From a virus, in the IMG/VR virus record IMGVR_UViG_3300027908_000021, positions 1 through 64,000 of that record: a DNA stretch of 64,000 nt, one strand, 5' to 3'. Below, piece by piece: positions 36,349 to 44,440 of this stretch. A program made the position numbers and the translations under genes. How positions within the stretch are numbered: the stretch's first letter is position 1; every line of letters begins with the position of its first letter. The notes below the pieces were generated by a model. The model had not been told where the DNA came from. It was given only the letters and a program-made list of their open reading frames with translations, and searched no databases.

Positions 36349-37806
36349 TTATTCTGCTTCCTGTGGCTCGTTCTCGTTCTCATCGATCAGCTTCCAGTAT
36401 TCTTTCGGCTTCATCAAGGCACTATCGATTCTGAACTGGCCGCAATCCAAAGCCTGCGAGATCAGTACAGTTACGCCGCTCACTTCGTCGCGTACCTTGG
36501 CGGCATGAGCACGGAGCAGACTCATTTCTTTTTCCGTCTCGGTTTGATTCAAGGTAACGATAATGTCTGCCGTGTGTTCTTTGGCACGGCTCTCGTGTGC
36601 TCTGCCCAGTTTAATCACCCGCCCCTGTTTCGTTTCATTGACTTGACTAAACCCCACTACAGCCGCATTTCGTTCCGCTGCAATGCCTCTCAAATCAACG
36701 GCTATACGTTCCAAGTCTTCTCGTTTGTTCTTGCCGGTCAGTTCCATCAGGTCCGGATAGTCAATTAAAAATTCATCAAAACACACTCCGTCAACACTTT
36801 CCTTGTAAGCGATGTATGCTTTTAACTTGCGAACAGTCAGTGAGCCGGAGGGGAAATCTTTGATGTAGAGTGGTGGGCGGTTAGCTAACGGTTTCAGCTT
36901 CTTAGTTAAAAAGCTTAGAATGTCTTCGTCTTGCAATGTTGGTCTAGTAATCGTCTTGTCATCGAACTGTAGCATTCTCCCTTTTTCATCTTTAGTAATT
37001 AACCGACTAAGAATTCTCTTTTCTCGCTTGCTGGTGGATGTGAGCATTTGCACATAACGGCGTGCAACCTTCTCTTTGCTCATTTCCAAAGTGATATGAC
37101 AGACTCGATGCCCGGCCCGCAACCCCGCTACTCCGATATGCACGGCACAAAACGTCTTACCTGTGCCGCTATTTGCCATCACAAGTAAATACTCTTTGCG
37201 TGCCGGACAGATGCCTAAAGCATCGAATTCAGGAATACCAATCGGCAGACGGCTCGCTTCTTCCAGCGTTAGAAAGGACAAGGCTTGTTGCGGATCGTTG
37301 AGTAGTATGTCGTTACCGAGATCAGTAATAGCATTCGGTTTTAGATAATTCGCCAGCAGTACGTCTACTTCGTTTAACTCAGTCTCCCCGGCCTTTGGAT
37401 TCTTCAACAGAGCGAATACTTTTTGAAACGTTGCCCGCGATCTTTGCAGTCTTACAAATATTCCGGCTTGCTCTACTAGAAACGGCTTGTTCTCCGTTCC
37501 CTTTACATTTTGCAGGGATTGGAAAATCGTTTCATACTGCTCTTGTCGATCAGGGAATTGCAGGCTGAGTTTGTTGATTAAATCGAGGGTGTGCTCGCCG
37601 GGAGCACAACCGAACTTTTCGATGTACTTATCAGCCTCAGCAGCAATATCTTTGAAGTAGTAATCGTAGGCAGTCAGCGGAACGTAAGTACGAAAGAACT
37701 TAGCCCCCTTGTCTGAATTGTCATAGCAGAGAATACTGACTAAACTTTCTTGAATTGCGTAAGTAAGACCCCCCTCACGGCCCTGTATCTTCGTCCTTCC
37801 CGCCAT
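36349..37806 (-). CDS. DnaB-family replicative helicase
   Basis: RecA-like C-terminal domain with VMANSGTGKTFCAV (Walker A) and FLIDYPDLM (Walker B). The N-terminal ~190 aa are a helical domain. Confidence 0.7.
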   Translation of the reverse strand: MAGRTKIQGREGGLTYAIQESLVSILCYDNSDKGAKFFRTYVPLTAYDYYFKDIAAEADKYIEKFGCAPGEHTLDLINKLSLQFPDRQEQYETIFQSLQNVKGTENKPFLVEQAGIFVRLQRSRATFQKVFALLKNPKAGETELNEVDVLLANYLKPNAITDLGNDILLNDPQQALSFLTLEEASRLPIGIPEFDALGICPARKEYLLVMANSGTGKTFCAVHIGVAGLRAGHRVCHITLEMSKEKVARRYVQMLTSTSKREKRILSRLITKDEKGRMLQFDDKTITRPTLQDEDILSFLTKKLKPLANRPPLYIKDFPSGSLTVRKLKAYIAYKESVDGVCFDEFLIDYPDLMELTGKNKREDLERIAVDLRGIAAERNAAVVGFSQVNETKQGRVIKLGRAHESRAKEHTADIIVTLNQTETEKEMSLLRAHAAKVRDEVSGVTVLISQALDCGQFRIDSALMKPKEYWKLIDENENEPQEAE

Positions 37807-37818
37807 AGACTAACTCCG

Positions 37819-38355
37819 TTATTTCTCATTAAAGTAATCGATTATCTTTCTCACGTCATCAAGCGTCAACCCTACCGTGCTGTTAGTTTTCAGGAATGAA
37901 AGACCTAGTTTTGAAAAACCTAAATCTTCATCGTCCAGAACTAAATACTTATCAACACCTAGATTCCAAGTAAGCCAGTGTTTTGTCTGCTCGCCTCGCG
38001 TGATTTCTATTTTGCAACTCAGGCACTCTCTGTACCCGTTTTCATTGAACGAGCTTACTTGTGTAGTAGAGCATCGCGGGCAAGCTTCATCACTTCCAGT
38101 GCAATCGACAATTCTGTTTTTACAGTACAGCCCGTGCGTACGTAACAAGTACTCAAAACCGGAAAGGCTCATTGCCCCGTTCCGTATCATATACCGCCAT
38201 GCCGAAGATATGACTAGATTTAAATCGGGTAACGCATCCAACAAAGTATTGAACCTGTAAACACATTCCGGCAGTATCACACAACTCTCGGCTTTTGGGT
38301 CGTATTGATGGGCATTCAGCACGCCGTCGATGTCAAGAAAAAGAATTTGTGTCAC
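37819..38355 (-). CDS. HAD-superfamily phosphatase (HAD_SAK-like)
   Basis: N-terminal LFLDIDGVLN (DxDGV motif I) and SSAWR further on. Confidence 0.55.
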   Translation of the reverse strand: MTQILFLDIDGVLNAHQYDPKAESCVILPECVYRFNTLLDALPDLNLVISSAWRYMIRNGAMSLSGFEYLLRTHGLYCKNRIVDCTGSDEACPRCSTTQVSSFNENGYRECLSCKIEITRGEQTKHWLTWNLGVDKYLVLDDEDLGFSKLGLSFLKTNSTVGLTLDDVRKIIDYFNEK

Positions 38356-38675
38356 TTAATCGTCCTTTCTAGTACAAACTCCTGAAACGCCAGAGAAGGT
38401 CGAAGGTTGTGAGAATTTACATAATGCTGCAAACTTCCCATCCACGTCCAGCCGCCAAACTCGTACTCTATGTTTCCCGCCTGTAACTTGCACAACCGAC
38501 ACATCAATGGGCGAACAGCTTTAGCACGAGCCTTCGCTTCCAACCGTGCCAGTTTCCTAAGAAACTCTGCCATGCCGACCCACGGTTCATCCCCGGCGAC
38601 AGGCAGCGGCAGTTGAGAATCAGGGCCGGATTTCCAGTAACCTTCCCGACAGATCATTACAATAAGAGGTTCCAT
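38352..38675 (-). CDS. hypothetical protein
   Basis: 107-aa ORF with a 4-nt overlap. Confidence 0.4.
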   Translation of the reverse strand: MEPLIVMICREGYWKSGPDSQLPLPVAGDEPWVGMAEFLRKLARLEAKARAKAVRPLMCRLCKLQAGNIEYEFGGWTWMGSLQHYVNSHNLRPSLAFQEFVLERTIK

Positions 38676-38950
38676 TATTTAATTCCCAAAATCTGTTTGG
38701 CATGTTTTCGACAAGCAGCCCGAGCTTTCAATTCGGTCGGTTCTCCGGCTTCTTCGGCTAAAAACGTATTACGACCGTCAAAGGCTTTCCAATGAAACTT
38801 CCCGTCAACTATCCACAACTGTCCAACACATTTATGGCCGTCAACAAAGCTTCCGAACCATAAAACACTACCGACCCATTTAAGGCTGTTTTCCTTTAGT
38901 GCATCAAGCCGAGCTTTTGATATATCCGGAGCCATACAAAAACCTTTCAA
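38675..38950 (-). CDS. hypothetical protein
   Basis: 91-aa ORF, abutting. Confidence 0.4.
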   Translation of the reverse strand: MKGFCMAPDISKARLDALKENSLKWVGSVLWFGSFVDGHKCVGQLWIVDGKFHWKAFDGRNTFLAEEAGEPTELKARAACRKHAKQILGIK

Positions 38951-39183
38951 GGCGTGTAGATAAAAAATTTCTTTCTACTCAATCCGCCTGATTTGCAAGT
39001 GTAAACGAGAACTTTTAGAAGAGGGTTGTTAGCCGCCAGAATTGCATCCGGCAGATCGACAATATCCTGCTCTTTCCAACCGTTTTCGACTAGTAAGGGT
39101 ATCAACTCAGCTAGTTTGGCTCCACCAGAAAACCGAGAATTTAATAGCCAAAAAACTTGGTTTATCGAATGGAAAGTCATCAT
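38947..39183 (-). CDS. hypothetical protein
   Basis: 78-aa ORF with a 4-nt overlap. Confidence 0.35.
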   Translation of the reverse strand: MMTFHSINQVFWLLNSRFSGGAKLAELIPLLVENGWKEQDIVDLPDAILAANNPLLKVLVYTCKSGGLSRKKFFIYTP

Positions 39184-39371
39184 TTTCGACCTTTCGTGAT
39201 CTCGTCTAATCGTTCAAAAGCACTGCCTTCCGGCAGGTTTTGTGCTTCTACAAATTCGACTTTAATTATCCGCATACCCGCATCACTTTCGTTGACAAAA
39301 ACAGGACCGAGAAAATAACCCGTTCTGCCGTCTTCAAGAGTGATCTTAACTATCTGTGATTGTTCGCTCAT
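39180..39371 (-). CDS. hypothetical protein
   Basis: 63-aa ORF with a 4-nt overlap. Confidence 0.35.
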   Translation of the reverse strand: MSEQSQIVKITLEDGRTGYFLGPVFVNESDAGMRIIKVEFVEAQNLPEGSAFERLDEITKGRK

Positions 39372-39395
39372 TTGTAGCTAGATCCTAATTTCAAC

Positions 39396-39419
39396 AAAAG
39401 ACCGTCCGGCGGTCCTTTT
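39396..39419. terminator. short terminator hairpin, potentially bidirectional
   Basis: AAAA-GACCG-tccgg-CGGTC-CTTTT. On the minus strand it directly follows the tRNA-like gene and ends in TCTTTTGTT. Confidence 0.5.
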
Positions 39420-39427
39420 AAGCATAA

Positions 39428-39518
39428 CGCTATGGGGAGGACTCGAACCTCTCAGGTTGTACCCCGCTACCAATGCGGACCCGGCAGGCAACTTGTACAT
39501 TAGTGCCGCCGCCATAGC
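39428..39518 (-). tRNA. atypical 91-nt tRNA-like gene (possible anticodon UGG; isotype uncertain)
   Basis: Perfect 7-bp acceptor GCTATGG/CCATAGC. Canonical T arm AGAGG-TTCGAGT-CCTCC. Hairpin TCCGC-ATTGGTA-GCGGG. The D region is replaced by a 30-nt bulged hairpin CGGCGGCA..TGCC(T)GCCG. 10-nt variable region. Confidence 0.5.
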
Positions 39519-39526
39519 ATGTCAGT

Positions 39527-39534
39527 ATTATACA
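39527..39534 (-). promoter_or_regulatory. extended -10 TGTATAAT, 8 nt upstream of the tRNA-like 5' end
   Basis: Minus strand reads tgTATAATactgacatGCTATGG. Confidence 0.45.
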
Positions 39535-39548
39535 AAACCAGTGTAAAT

Positions 39549-39589
39549 AAAAAAAACCGGACGACTTTGATGTTATCGCGGTCGTCCGG
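39549..39589 (-). terminator. strong rho-independent terminator
   Basis: CCGGACGAC-loop-GTCGTCCGG with an 8-U tail on the minus strand (A8 at 39549-39556). Confidence 0.7.
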
Positions 39590-39713
39590 TTTCATTGCTG
39601 GCAGGTGTTGTCCTGCTTACGTTCTTTCGCGGCCCCTATCACGTGTAGTTTGGCCGTTACTTTCGTCGCACAGATTTCGGCTGCGGGCAATACAGATTGC
39701 ATCAGCAACTAAT

Positions 39714-40226
39714 TCACACCTTACAAGGCATTTTCAAAACGGCAGGCAGCAAGCCGGATTCCATGTACGACGGAAACTGCCGATCCACCACGTTTGCGAT
39801 CCGCTCCATTGCCTGAGAAACCGTCTTAGGGCAAATCGGCACGGACCTTTGATTCAAGTCCTTGGCGATGCACCGCAACAGGATGCGGATTGCCTTTAAC
39901 TTGTCAACCTTCTTTGCGGGTTTGAAGTTCTGCCGGACAAATATGCACAGCACTTTTACACCACGTTTGAAGGCTTGGCCGGTGGTGTTGATTTTCAACA
40001 ACACGGACAGGGGAATCTTCCGCGTATCGCCCGCAGCAGCCAAAATGCCGTGCAACTCGGACAAAACCATCTGTTCGTCCTCATCGTCGTGCTTTCGTGG
40101 CTCTACGTCGTCCGTGTTGGCTTTGCCGGTCGGATTGAGCAGAAACGACAGGCGTGCGTGAGCCTCCCGCTGTTGTGCTGGCGTCAGCGTGCCGAGCGAT
40201 TCGAGAATGTTGGGGGTTTCGACCAT
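39714..40226 (-). CDS. hypothetical protein
   Basis: 170-aa ORF. Confidence 0.4.
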   Translation of the reverse strand: MVETPNILESLGTLTPAQQREAHARLSFLLNPTGKANTDDVEPRKHDDEDEQMVLSELHGILAAAGDTRKIPLSVLLKINTTGQAFKRGVKVLCIFVRQNFKPAKKVDKLKAIRILLRCIAKDLNQRSVPICPKTVSQAMERIANVVDRQFPSYMESGLLPAVLKMPCKV

Positions 40227-40239
40227 TGCCGTAAATACG

Positions 40240-40437
40240 CTACTCTTCCGATACTTCTGACGTTGCCGGATACTTGATTAGTAAGTCAGAAAGAAATTTT
40301 CTTTCGCTGTCGAGCAGATTGTAACCGACTTTTAGTGCATCGTGTTCCGGTGGATTGACAACTTCACTCCAAACAACAACACAAGCATTTATGATGCGGT
40401 CAATTTCCTTAATGCGTTTTTCGATTTCCTCACGCAT
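40240..40437 (-). CDS. hypothetical protein
   Basis: 65-aa ORF with a GAAAGGTTCGGT RBS and its own promoter. Confidence 0.4.
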   Translation of the reverse strand: MREEIEKRIKEIDRIINACVVVWSEVVNPPEHDALKVGYNLLDSERKFLSDLLIKYPATSEVSEE

Positions 40438-40467
40438 ACCGAACCTTTCAATGCAAACTCAATACCA

Positions 40468-40496
40468 ACAATAGTGAGAGTTTTTGACAAAAGCAA
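40468..40496 (-). promoter_or_regulatory. sigma70-type promoter (TTGCTT-17-TATTGT)
   Basis: Minus strand reads cTTGCTTttgtcaaaaactctcacTATTGTtggtattgagtttgcattgaaaggttcggtATG. Confidence 0.35.
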
Positions 40497-40498
40497 GA

Positions 40499-40741
40499 TT
40501 AATTTACAGAAAATTCTTCCTCATCCATCGCGAACTGTACAACCTGTTTACGGGCGAATTCCCGACACGGCACGCAATACTTACCTTCTCCTATAGGAGT
40601 AAAAGTATGGTAAACGTCGAAGCCGGTCTTGCCGCACCTGACGCACTTTCGTTCGGGAATCATCACATGCCCGCAACACTCCGTAGTTTCGTTTTCGCTG
40701 ACGTTGATTAGCCGCTTACAATTTTCGCACATGAAACGCAT
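40499..40741 (-). CDS. zinc-ribbon hypothetical protein
   Basis: CENCKR...CCGH...CVRCGKTG...CVPC. Confidence 0.4.
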   Translation of the reverse strand: MRFMCENCKRLINVSENETTECCGHVMIPERKCVRCGKTGFDVYHTFTPIGEGKYCVPCREFARKQVVQFAMDEEEFSVN

Positions 40742-40745
40742 TGAT

Positions 40746-41165
40746 TTACCTCACATCGGAAGGGACAAATTTACCTTTGTTTCTAATCACATTTTCCATC
40801 ATCGCTGTGAGCCGTTTAGCTCGATTCTTGAACTTGCGACAGAACAGACCTAGCGGGTTATAATTTTCTCCATAACGCGAATAATCTTCAAACTCCGCTT
40901 CAAGTACCATCAACTGTTTAGCAGAGAACGGAGATTTGAAAGTCCGGTCACCCGCTGCTTCGGCAAGATAATCGCCGCCGTTATGACGTTCAATTGCCCC
41001 TTTTGTTACCGGCATATTATCAAAACGTAAAATAGAGGAAACCATAACAGCCCCCACAGCACAAACTTGACACGTCTTCATTTTCTTTTTCAACACGTCC
41101 CGCACGTCTTTTCCAACGTCCTTTTCGTCAAAAAGTCTAAGCTCCTTCCTTTGTAGTTTCTTCAA
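40746..41165 (-). CDS. hypothetical protein, probably the C-terminal part of a frameshifted gene
   Basis: TTG track start without an RBS. Contains CQVCAVGA. The upstream 43-aa ORF (41137..41268) overlaps in the +1 frame. Confidence 0.35.
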   Translation of the reverse strand: MKKLQRKELRLFDEKDVGKDVRDVLKKKMKTCQVCAVGAVMVSSILRFDNMPVTKGAIERHNGGDYLAEAAGDRTFKSPFSAKQLMVLEAEFEDYSRYGENYNPLGLFCRKFKNRAKRLTAMMENVIRNKGKFVPSDVR

Positions 41166-41268
41166 AATAAACGGTCAGGTCCGTTCTAAACTTTTTCGCC
41201 TTGATCTGTTTGATAATATCCTTGGCAATCAAAACACGCTGCTTCGCCTTTACACTCATCACTTTCAT
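41137..41268 (-). CDS. 43-aa ORF, probably the N-terminal part of the same gene
   Basis: Own translation gives MKVMSVKAKQRVLIAKDIIKQIKAKKFRTDLTVYFEETTKEGA. Good RBS GAAAGGTTTAGT. Confidence 0.35.
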   Translation of the reverse strand: MKVMSVKAKQRVLIAKDIIKQIKAKKFRTDLTVYFEETTKEGA

Positions 41269-41310
41269 ACTAAACCTTTCGTTATGCCGTCCACTTGGAT
41301 AGGCGTTAGT

Positions 41311-41316
41311 ATTATA
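41311..41316 (-). promoter_or_regulatory. -10 TATAAT upstream of the 41268 gene
   Basis: Minus strand reads gggTATAATactaacgcc...cgaaaggtttagtATG. Confidence 0.35.
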
Positions 41317-41412
41317 CCCGCATCGCCAATCTTACTTGCGAAATTGCTTTAGCAAGCGTTACTTTAGCAAATAAGCTGTTCTTGTCTTTCGAGTCGTTAA
41401 AAACCGTCAGCA

Positions 41413-41655
41413 CTAAGAAATACTCCGTCGAACGAGATTTCTTTTGCTCATTGAACCATTCAACACCGCTCTGATCCGCCTTACCGCTTCCATCATGCAA
41501 TTGTGGGCGTGGTTGTGGCCGGGAGCGAATTTGCTTTGGATCAGTTTCCATTGCAGGCTGAAAACCTCTTCGCGTAAATGTGCGTTTTGCTCTCGATTCA
41601 GCAGCACTTCTTGTAGCCAGTCTTCGTTGCTCCGTTGAAGCTTTACTCTAGTCAT
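41413..41655 (-). CDS. hypothetical protein
   Basis: 80-aa ORF with an ATGA overlap with the HNH gene stop. Preferred over the overlapping alternative frame 41312..41551. Confidence 0.35.
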   Translation of the reverse strand: MTRVKLQRSNEDWLQEVLLNREQNAHLREEVFSLQWKLIQSKFAPGHNHAHNCMMEAVRRIRAVLNGSMSKRNLVRRSIS

Positions 41656-42734
41656 GACGGCAAATCCTTATGCGTTCTGCCTGATGTAATTTGCCAACAA
41701 CCAATGATGCTTATTCCAAAATCTTTGGCAATTTTGTGTAGTTGATTTCCGGCCCCTCCGACTTTACGCCTACGCCTGATCTCGATTACCTCAGCGTCTG
41801 TCAACTTCTTGGCAGCACCCTTCTTCTTATACTTACCAGCTTGATTCTTTGGAACCGCCAGCAAATGAGTAGGATTGATGCAAAGATCGTTATGACAGGT
41901 ACGGACGACAGCGTTGCCGTTCGATTCGCCGTTATACAGAAAATGAACGTACTTGTATAAGTTAACCTGCCTACCTCTTACCCTTAACCGTTCCCGCCAC
42001 GCCGATTTGTGCCATTCCCAACACGCTTCGGCTTGTCCGTCAAGTTGTCGTTTAGTTACTAAATTAGGTAGGGAGTTTTTAGTAATCAACTCAGTTAAAG
42101 TTTTTGTGCGTTTCGGAACTACGCCTAGTTTTTCAAGAAAATAGGTAATGGTTGATGCAATAACGGGTTTTGGGTAAACTGCTGCCAGTTCTGTAGGCGT
42201 CAGTTGCGACAACCATTTACGATCCGCGTTGAACCATTCTCGAAAATCGATAAATGACTGGTTGCGGTGGTGATCGGGCGATCTCGGTTTATTCAACTTA
42301 CGCCTGACTTGCCGTACCCGCTCCCGGCTTACTCCAAGTAGCTTAGCTAAATCAACGTCCCGTTTTGTCCAATCTACCTCTTCCCACTGCTTACCGGAAA
42401 CGATAGTGTTGTTTCGATCCGTTAACGGCTTTATTTCAAAAGTCGGGGTGACGTTGTGCGACAGGCAGGCATGTTTTACTAAATTTAACGTGCAATTGAA
42501 TCTTTGTGCGACCGCTTCGGCAGTTTCGCCACCGGCACACGCTTCGGCTATTGCCCTACGGCGTAGTTCCGGACGAGTTATCGGTGGCCCCGCACTAGAC
42601 AAGTGCTCAATCTTCGCAGAATTAACGGTTTTCGGATGGACGTTAAACTCTGCTGATACCTCAAATACCGTCTTGCCCGCTGCCAATGCTTCCGCCATTT
42701 TCGCCCGGCGTTCGCGTTTTTCTTGATGCGTCAT
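41652..42734 (-). CDS. HNH endonuclease with multiple HTH modules (homing-endonuclease-like)
   Basis: VRTCHNDLCINPTHL (HNH_3-type), at least three HTH segments including LAKLLGVSRERVRQVRRKL, and C-terminal IAKDFGIS... ATG 42734 lies 7 nt after TGTATAAT. Confidence 0.65.
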   Translation of the reverse strand: MTHQEKRERRAKMAEALAAGKTVFEVSAEFNVHPKTVNSAKIEHLSSAGPPITRPELRRRAIAEACAGGETAEAVAQRFNCTLNLVKHACLSHNVTPTFEIKPLTDRNNTIVSGKQWEEVDWTKRDVDLAKLLGVSRERVRQVRRKLNKPRSPDHHRNQSFIDFREWFNADRKWLSQLTPTELAAVYPKPVIASTITYFLEKLGVVPKRTKTLTELITKNSLPNLVTKRQLDGQAEACWEWHKSAWRERLRVRGRQVNLYKYVHFLYNGESNGNAVVRTCHNDLCINPTHLLAVPKNQAGKYKKKGAAKKLTDAEVIEIRRRRKVGGAGNQLHKIAKDFGISIIGCWQITSGRTHKDLPS

Positions 42735-42741
42735 GTACAAT

Positions 42742-42749
42742 ATTATACA
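42742..42749 (-). promoter_or_regulatory. extended -10 TGTATAAT, candidate leaderless promoter
   Basis: Minus strand reads tgTATAATattgtacATG. Confidence 0.4.
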
Positions 42750-42788
42750 GCAAGCGAACGGTTTGGGGAAATTTAGTAAATTTTCCTC

Positions 42789-42817
42789 TTGACTTAACCG
42801 ATTTAGTACAGTATAGT
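42789..42817 (+). promoter_or_regulatory. sigma70-type promoter (TTGACT-17-TATAGT), class consensus copy 2
   Basis: aatttagtaaattttcctcTTGACTtaaccgatttagtacagTATAGTgttctcagtcaaacgaaaggaaagaaATG. Confidence 0.7.
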
Positions 42818-42843
42818 GTTCTCAGTCAAACGAAAGGAAAGAA

Positions 42844-43176
42844 ATGATTTGTCAATGGGACATGGAGCACACGTCAGCCGAAAAGACTTACTCGTGCAAG
42901 GTCGGTATGACCGGGGATTCTTTCTGGATTGAGTCGCCGCGTACTGGATCGGTCATTTCGATTGGTTTTGGTAACTGGCCGTTGTTGCCGAAAGGTTTCG
43001 TTTCCAAGATTCAGTACGCTTGCGGTCGGAGTCGCGGAACCGTCCATCTTCACACGTATGCCAGTTTTACTACGGAAGAACTAGCGGCATTGCGGGAACT
43101 GGACCGTCGGTTGAATCAAGAGGCTCGCGAACGGGTTTCCGCCGATGGACCGTTGAAGATTCGGCATTATCAGTAA
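42844..43176 (+). CDS. hypothetical protein
   Basis: 110-aa ORF behind the consensus promoter. Confidence 0.45.
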   Translation: MICQWDMEHTSAEKTYSCKVGMTGDSFWIESPRTGSVISIGFGNWPLLPKGFVSKIQYACGRSRGTVHLHTYASFTTEELAALRELDRRLNQEARERVSADGPLKIRHYQ

Positions 43177-43197
43177 ACTTTTACTAAAGAAAGGTTT

Positions 43198-43767
43198 TTG
43201 TATGGAGTTGTTACTAAACGAGTGGAGGATGAAATCGGCGGCAGATACTCTTTTACCACAAACCTAGCAGGGCACGGTTGTTACCTAAATCATGTCAATA
43301 AAACACTAACGCCGAGCGACAGCAATCAAACCATCGAAGACGTTATTCGACACCAACAGGCCGACTTACCGCCAACGCAAATTGAGGCGTGGTCGATTAA
43401 TCGTGTAGCTATAAATACGGCTTTGTTGCTGGCAAGTCATCCCACAATGCGAGTTAAGTCAGAGCGTCAACGGGAGTGGGCAAAGATTGCCAAGAAAAGC
43501 AATGACAGGCGGAAAGCTCAAGAGGCAAAAGAAAAGCTGCGGTTGCAACCTCAGTTAATCCGTTTCGTTAAAGAACCGTCCTTCTGTACGCCGAAAGATT
43601 CTGAGTTGGCGTTGCGTTCAGTTCGCCCGCACTGGCGTAGGGGCCATTGGCGTAGCCAACCGTGCGGACCTAAAAACGTTAACCGTAAGGTTATATTTAT
43701 TCAACGGTTACTCGTACATGGCGATTCAGCAGAGGGTACTAAAAACGAGATTCTTTACGTCGGTTGA
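43198..43767 (+). CDS. hypothetical protein (TTG start)
   Basis: 189-aa ORF with an AGAAAGG RBS 4 nt upstream. Contains RPHWRRGHWR. Confidence 0.4.
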   Translation: MYGVVTKRVEDEIGGRYSFTTNLAGHGCYLNHVNKTLTPSDSNQTIEDVIRHQQADLPPTQIEAWSINRVAINTALLLASHPTMRVKSERQREWAKIAKKSNDRRKAQEAKEKLRLQPQLIRFVKEPSFCTPKDSELALRSVRPHWRRGHWRSQPCGPKNVNRKVIFIQRLLVHGDSAEGTKNEILYVG

Positions 43768-43797
43768 TTAATTTTAGTTAATCCTAGCATTTTCCTC

Positions 43798-43825
43798 TTG
43801 CATTAACTAAAACATCCGCTATAGT
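43798..43825 (+). promoter_or_regulatory. sigma70-type promoter (TTGCAT-16-TATAGT) with the shared UTR
   Basis: attttcctcTTGCATtaactaaaacatccgcTATAGTacgcaagtcaaacgaaaggacacATG. Confidence 0.55.
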
Positions 43826-43848
43826 ACGCAAGTCAAACGAAAGGACAC

Positions 43849-44163
43849 ATGAAACGCAATCAGAAACAAATCGACCGGCAGAAACTTGTAACCGCCGCTC
43901 TTACTGACGAAATGAGCCGATTTAATAAGGCTATCAGCAACGGCAAGGTTGCACTTCTGACTACGTCTTCCGGTACTTATCCAGCAGTGCAGTACGTGGA
44001 TCGTGATTTCTGGTATCATACCAAAAACCAATCGTGGTGCGGTTGCAATGATGGCACTTGGCACGATTTGATGAAACAAGTCGGAGAGAAGCGGAATCCT
44101 CTGTTTGAGGAAACTCCCGCCGAACGTGCCGCCTACTTACAGTTCCTTCAACGGACAAATTAA
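43849..44163 (+). CDS. hypothetical protein
   Basis: 104-aa ORF. Confidence 0.45.
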   Translation: MKRNQKQIDRQKLVTAALTDEMSRFNKAISNGKVALLTTSSGTYPAVQYVDRDFWYHTKNQSWCGCNDGTWHDLMKQVGEKRNPLFEETPAERAAYLQFLQRTN

Positions 44164-44197
44164 CTTAACCGCCCGAACGGGCGAAGAAAGGTTTGAT

Positions 44198-44440
44198 ATG
44201 GAAGAGACAAAGAAAGGTAGCGGCGTTTTGTTGGTTCGTTCGTCGTTGACTGCAACAATGCAAAACAAGTACGCGAAGATACTCGCGGACATGCCGTACT
44301 TAAAGAAGAACCAGCGGTTTGATTTGATGGCAGGTTTTGAAGACGGTTTTCGATCCGCCATCAACAGTCTTGTTGGAATGGGCGTAATCGTCGTTCAAAA
44401 TGAGGTAGTTAATGAACCTAAACCAGAACAATCAGCCTAA
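44198..44440 (+). CDS. hypothetical protein
   Basis: Start moved to ATG 44198 (GAAGAAAGGTTTGAT upstream); 80 aa. Confidence 0.4.
   Translation: MEETKKGSGVLLVRSSLTATMQNKYAKILADMPYLKKNQRFDLMAGFEDGFRSAINSLVGMGVIVVQNEVVNEPKPEQSA

Noticed and set aside
41312-41551. 79-aa ORF overlapping 41413..41655 in another frame
   Set aside because: The competing frame is coupled by an ATGA overlap to the HNH gene stop. This ORF has no start signals. The confidence difference is modest.
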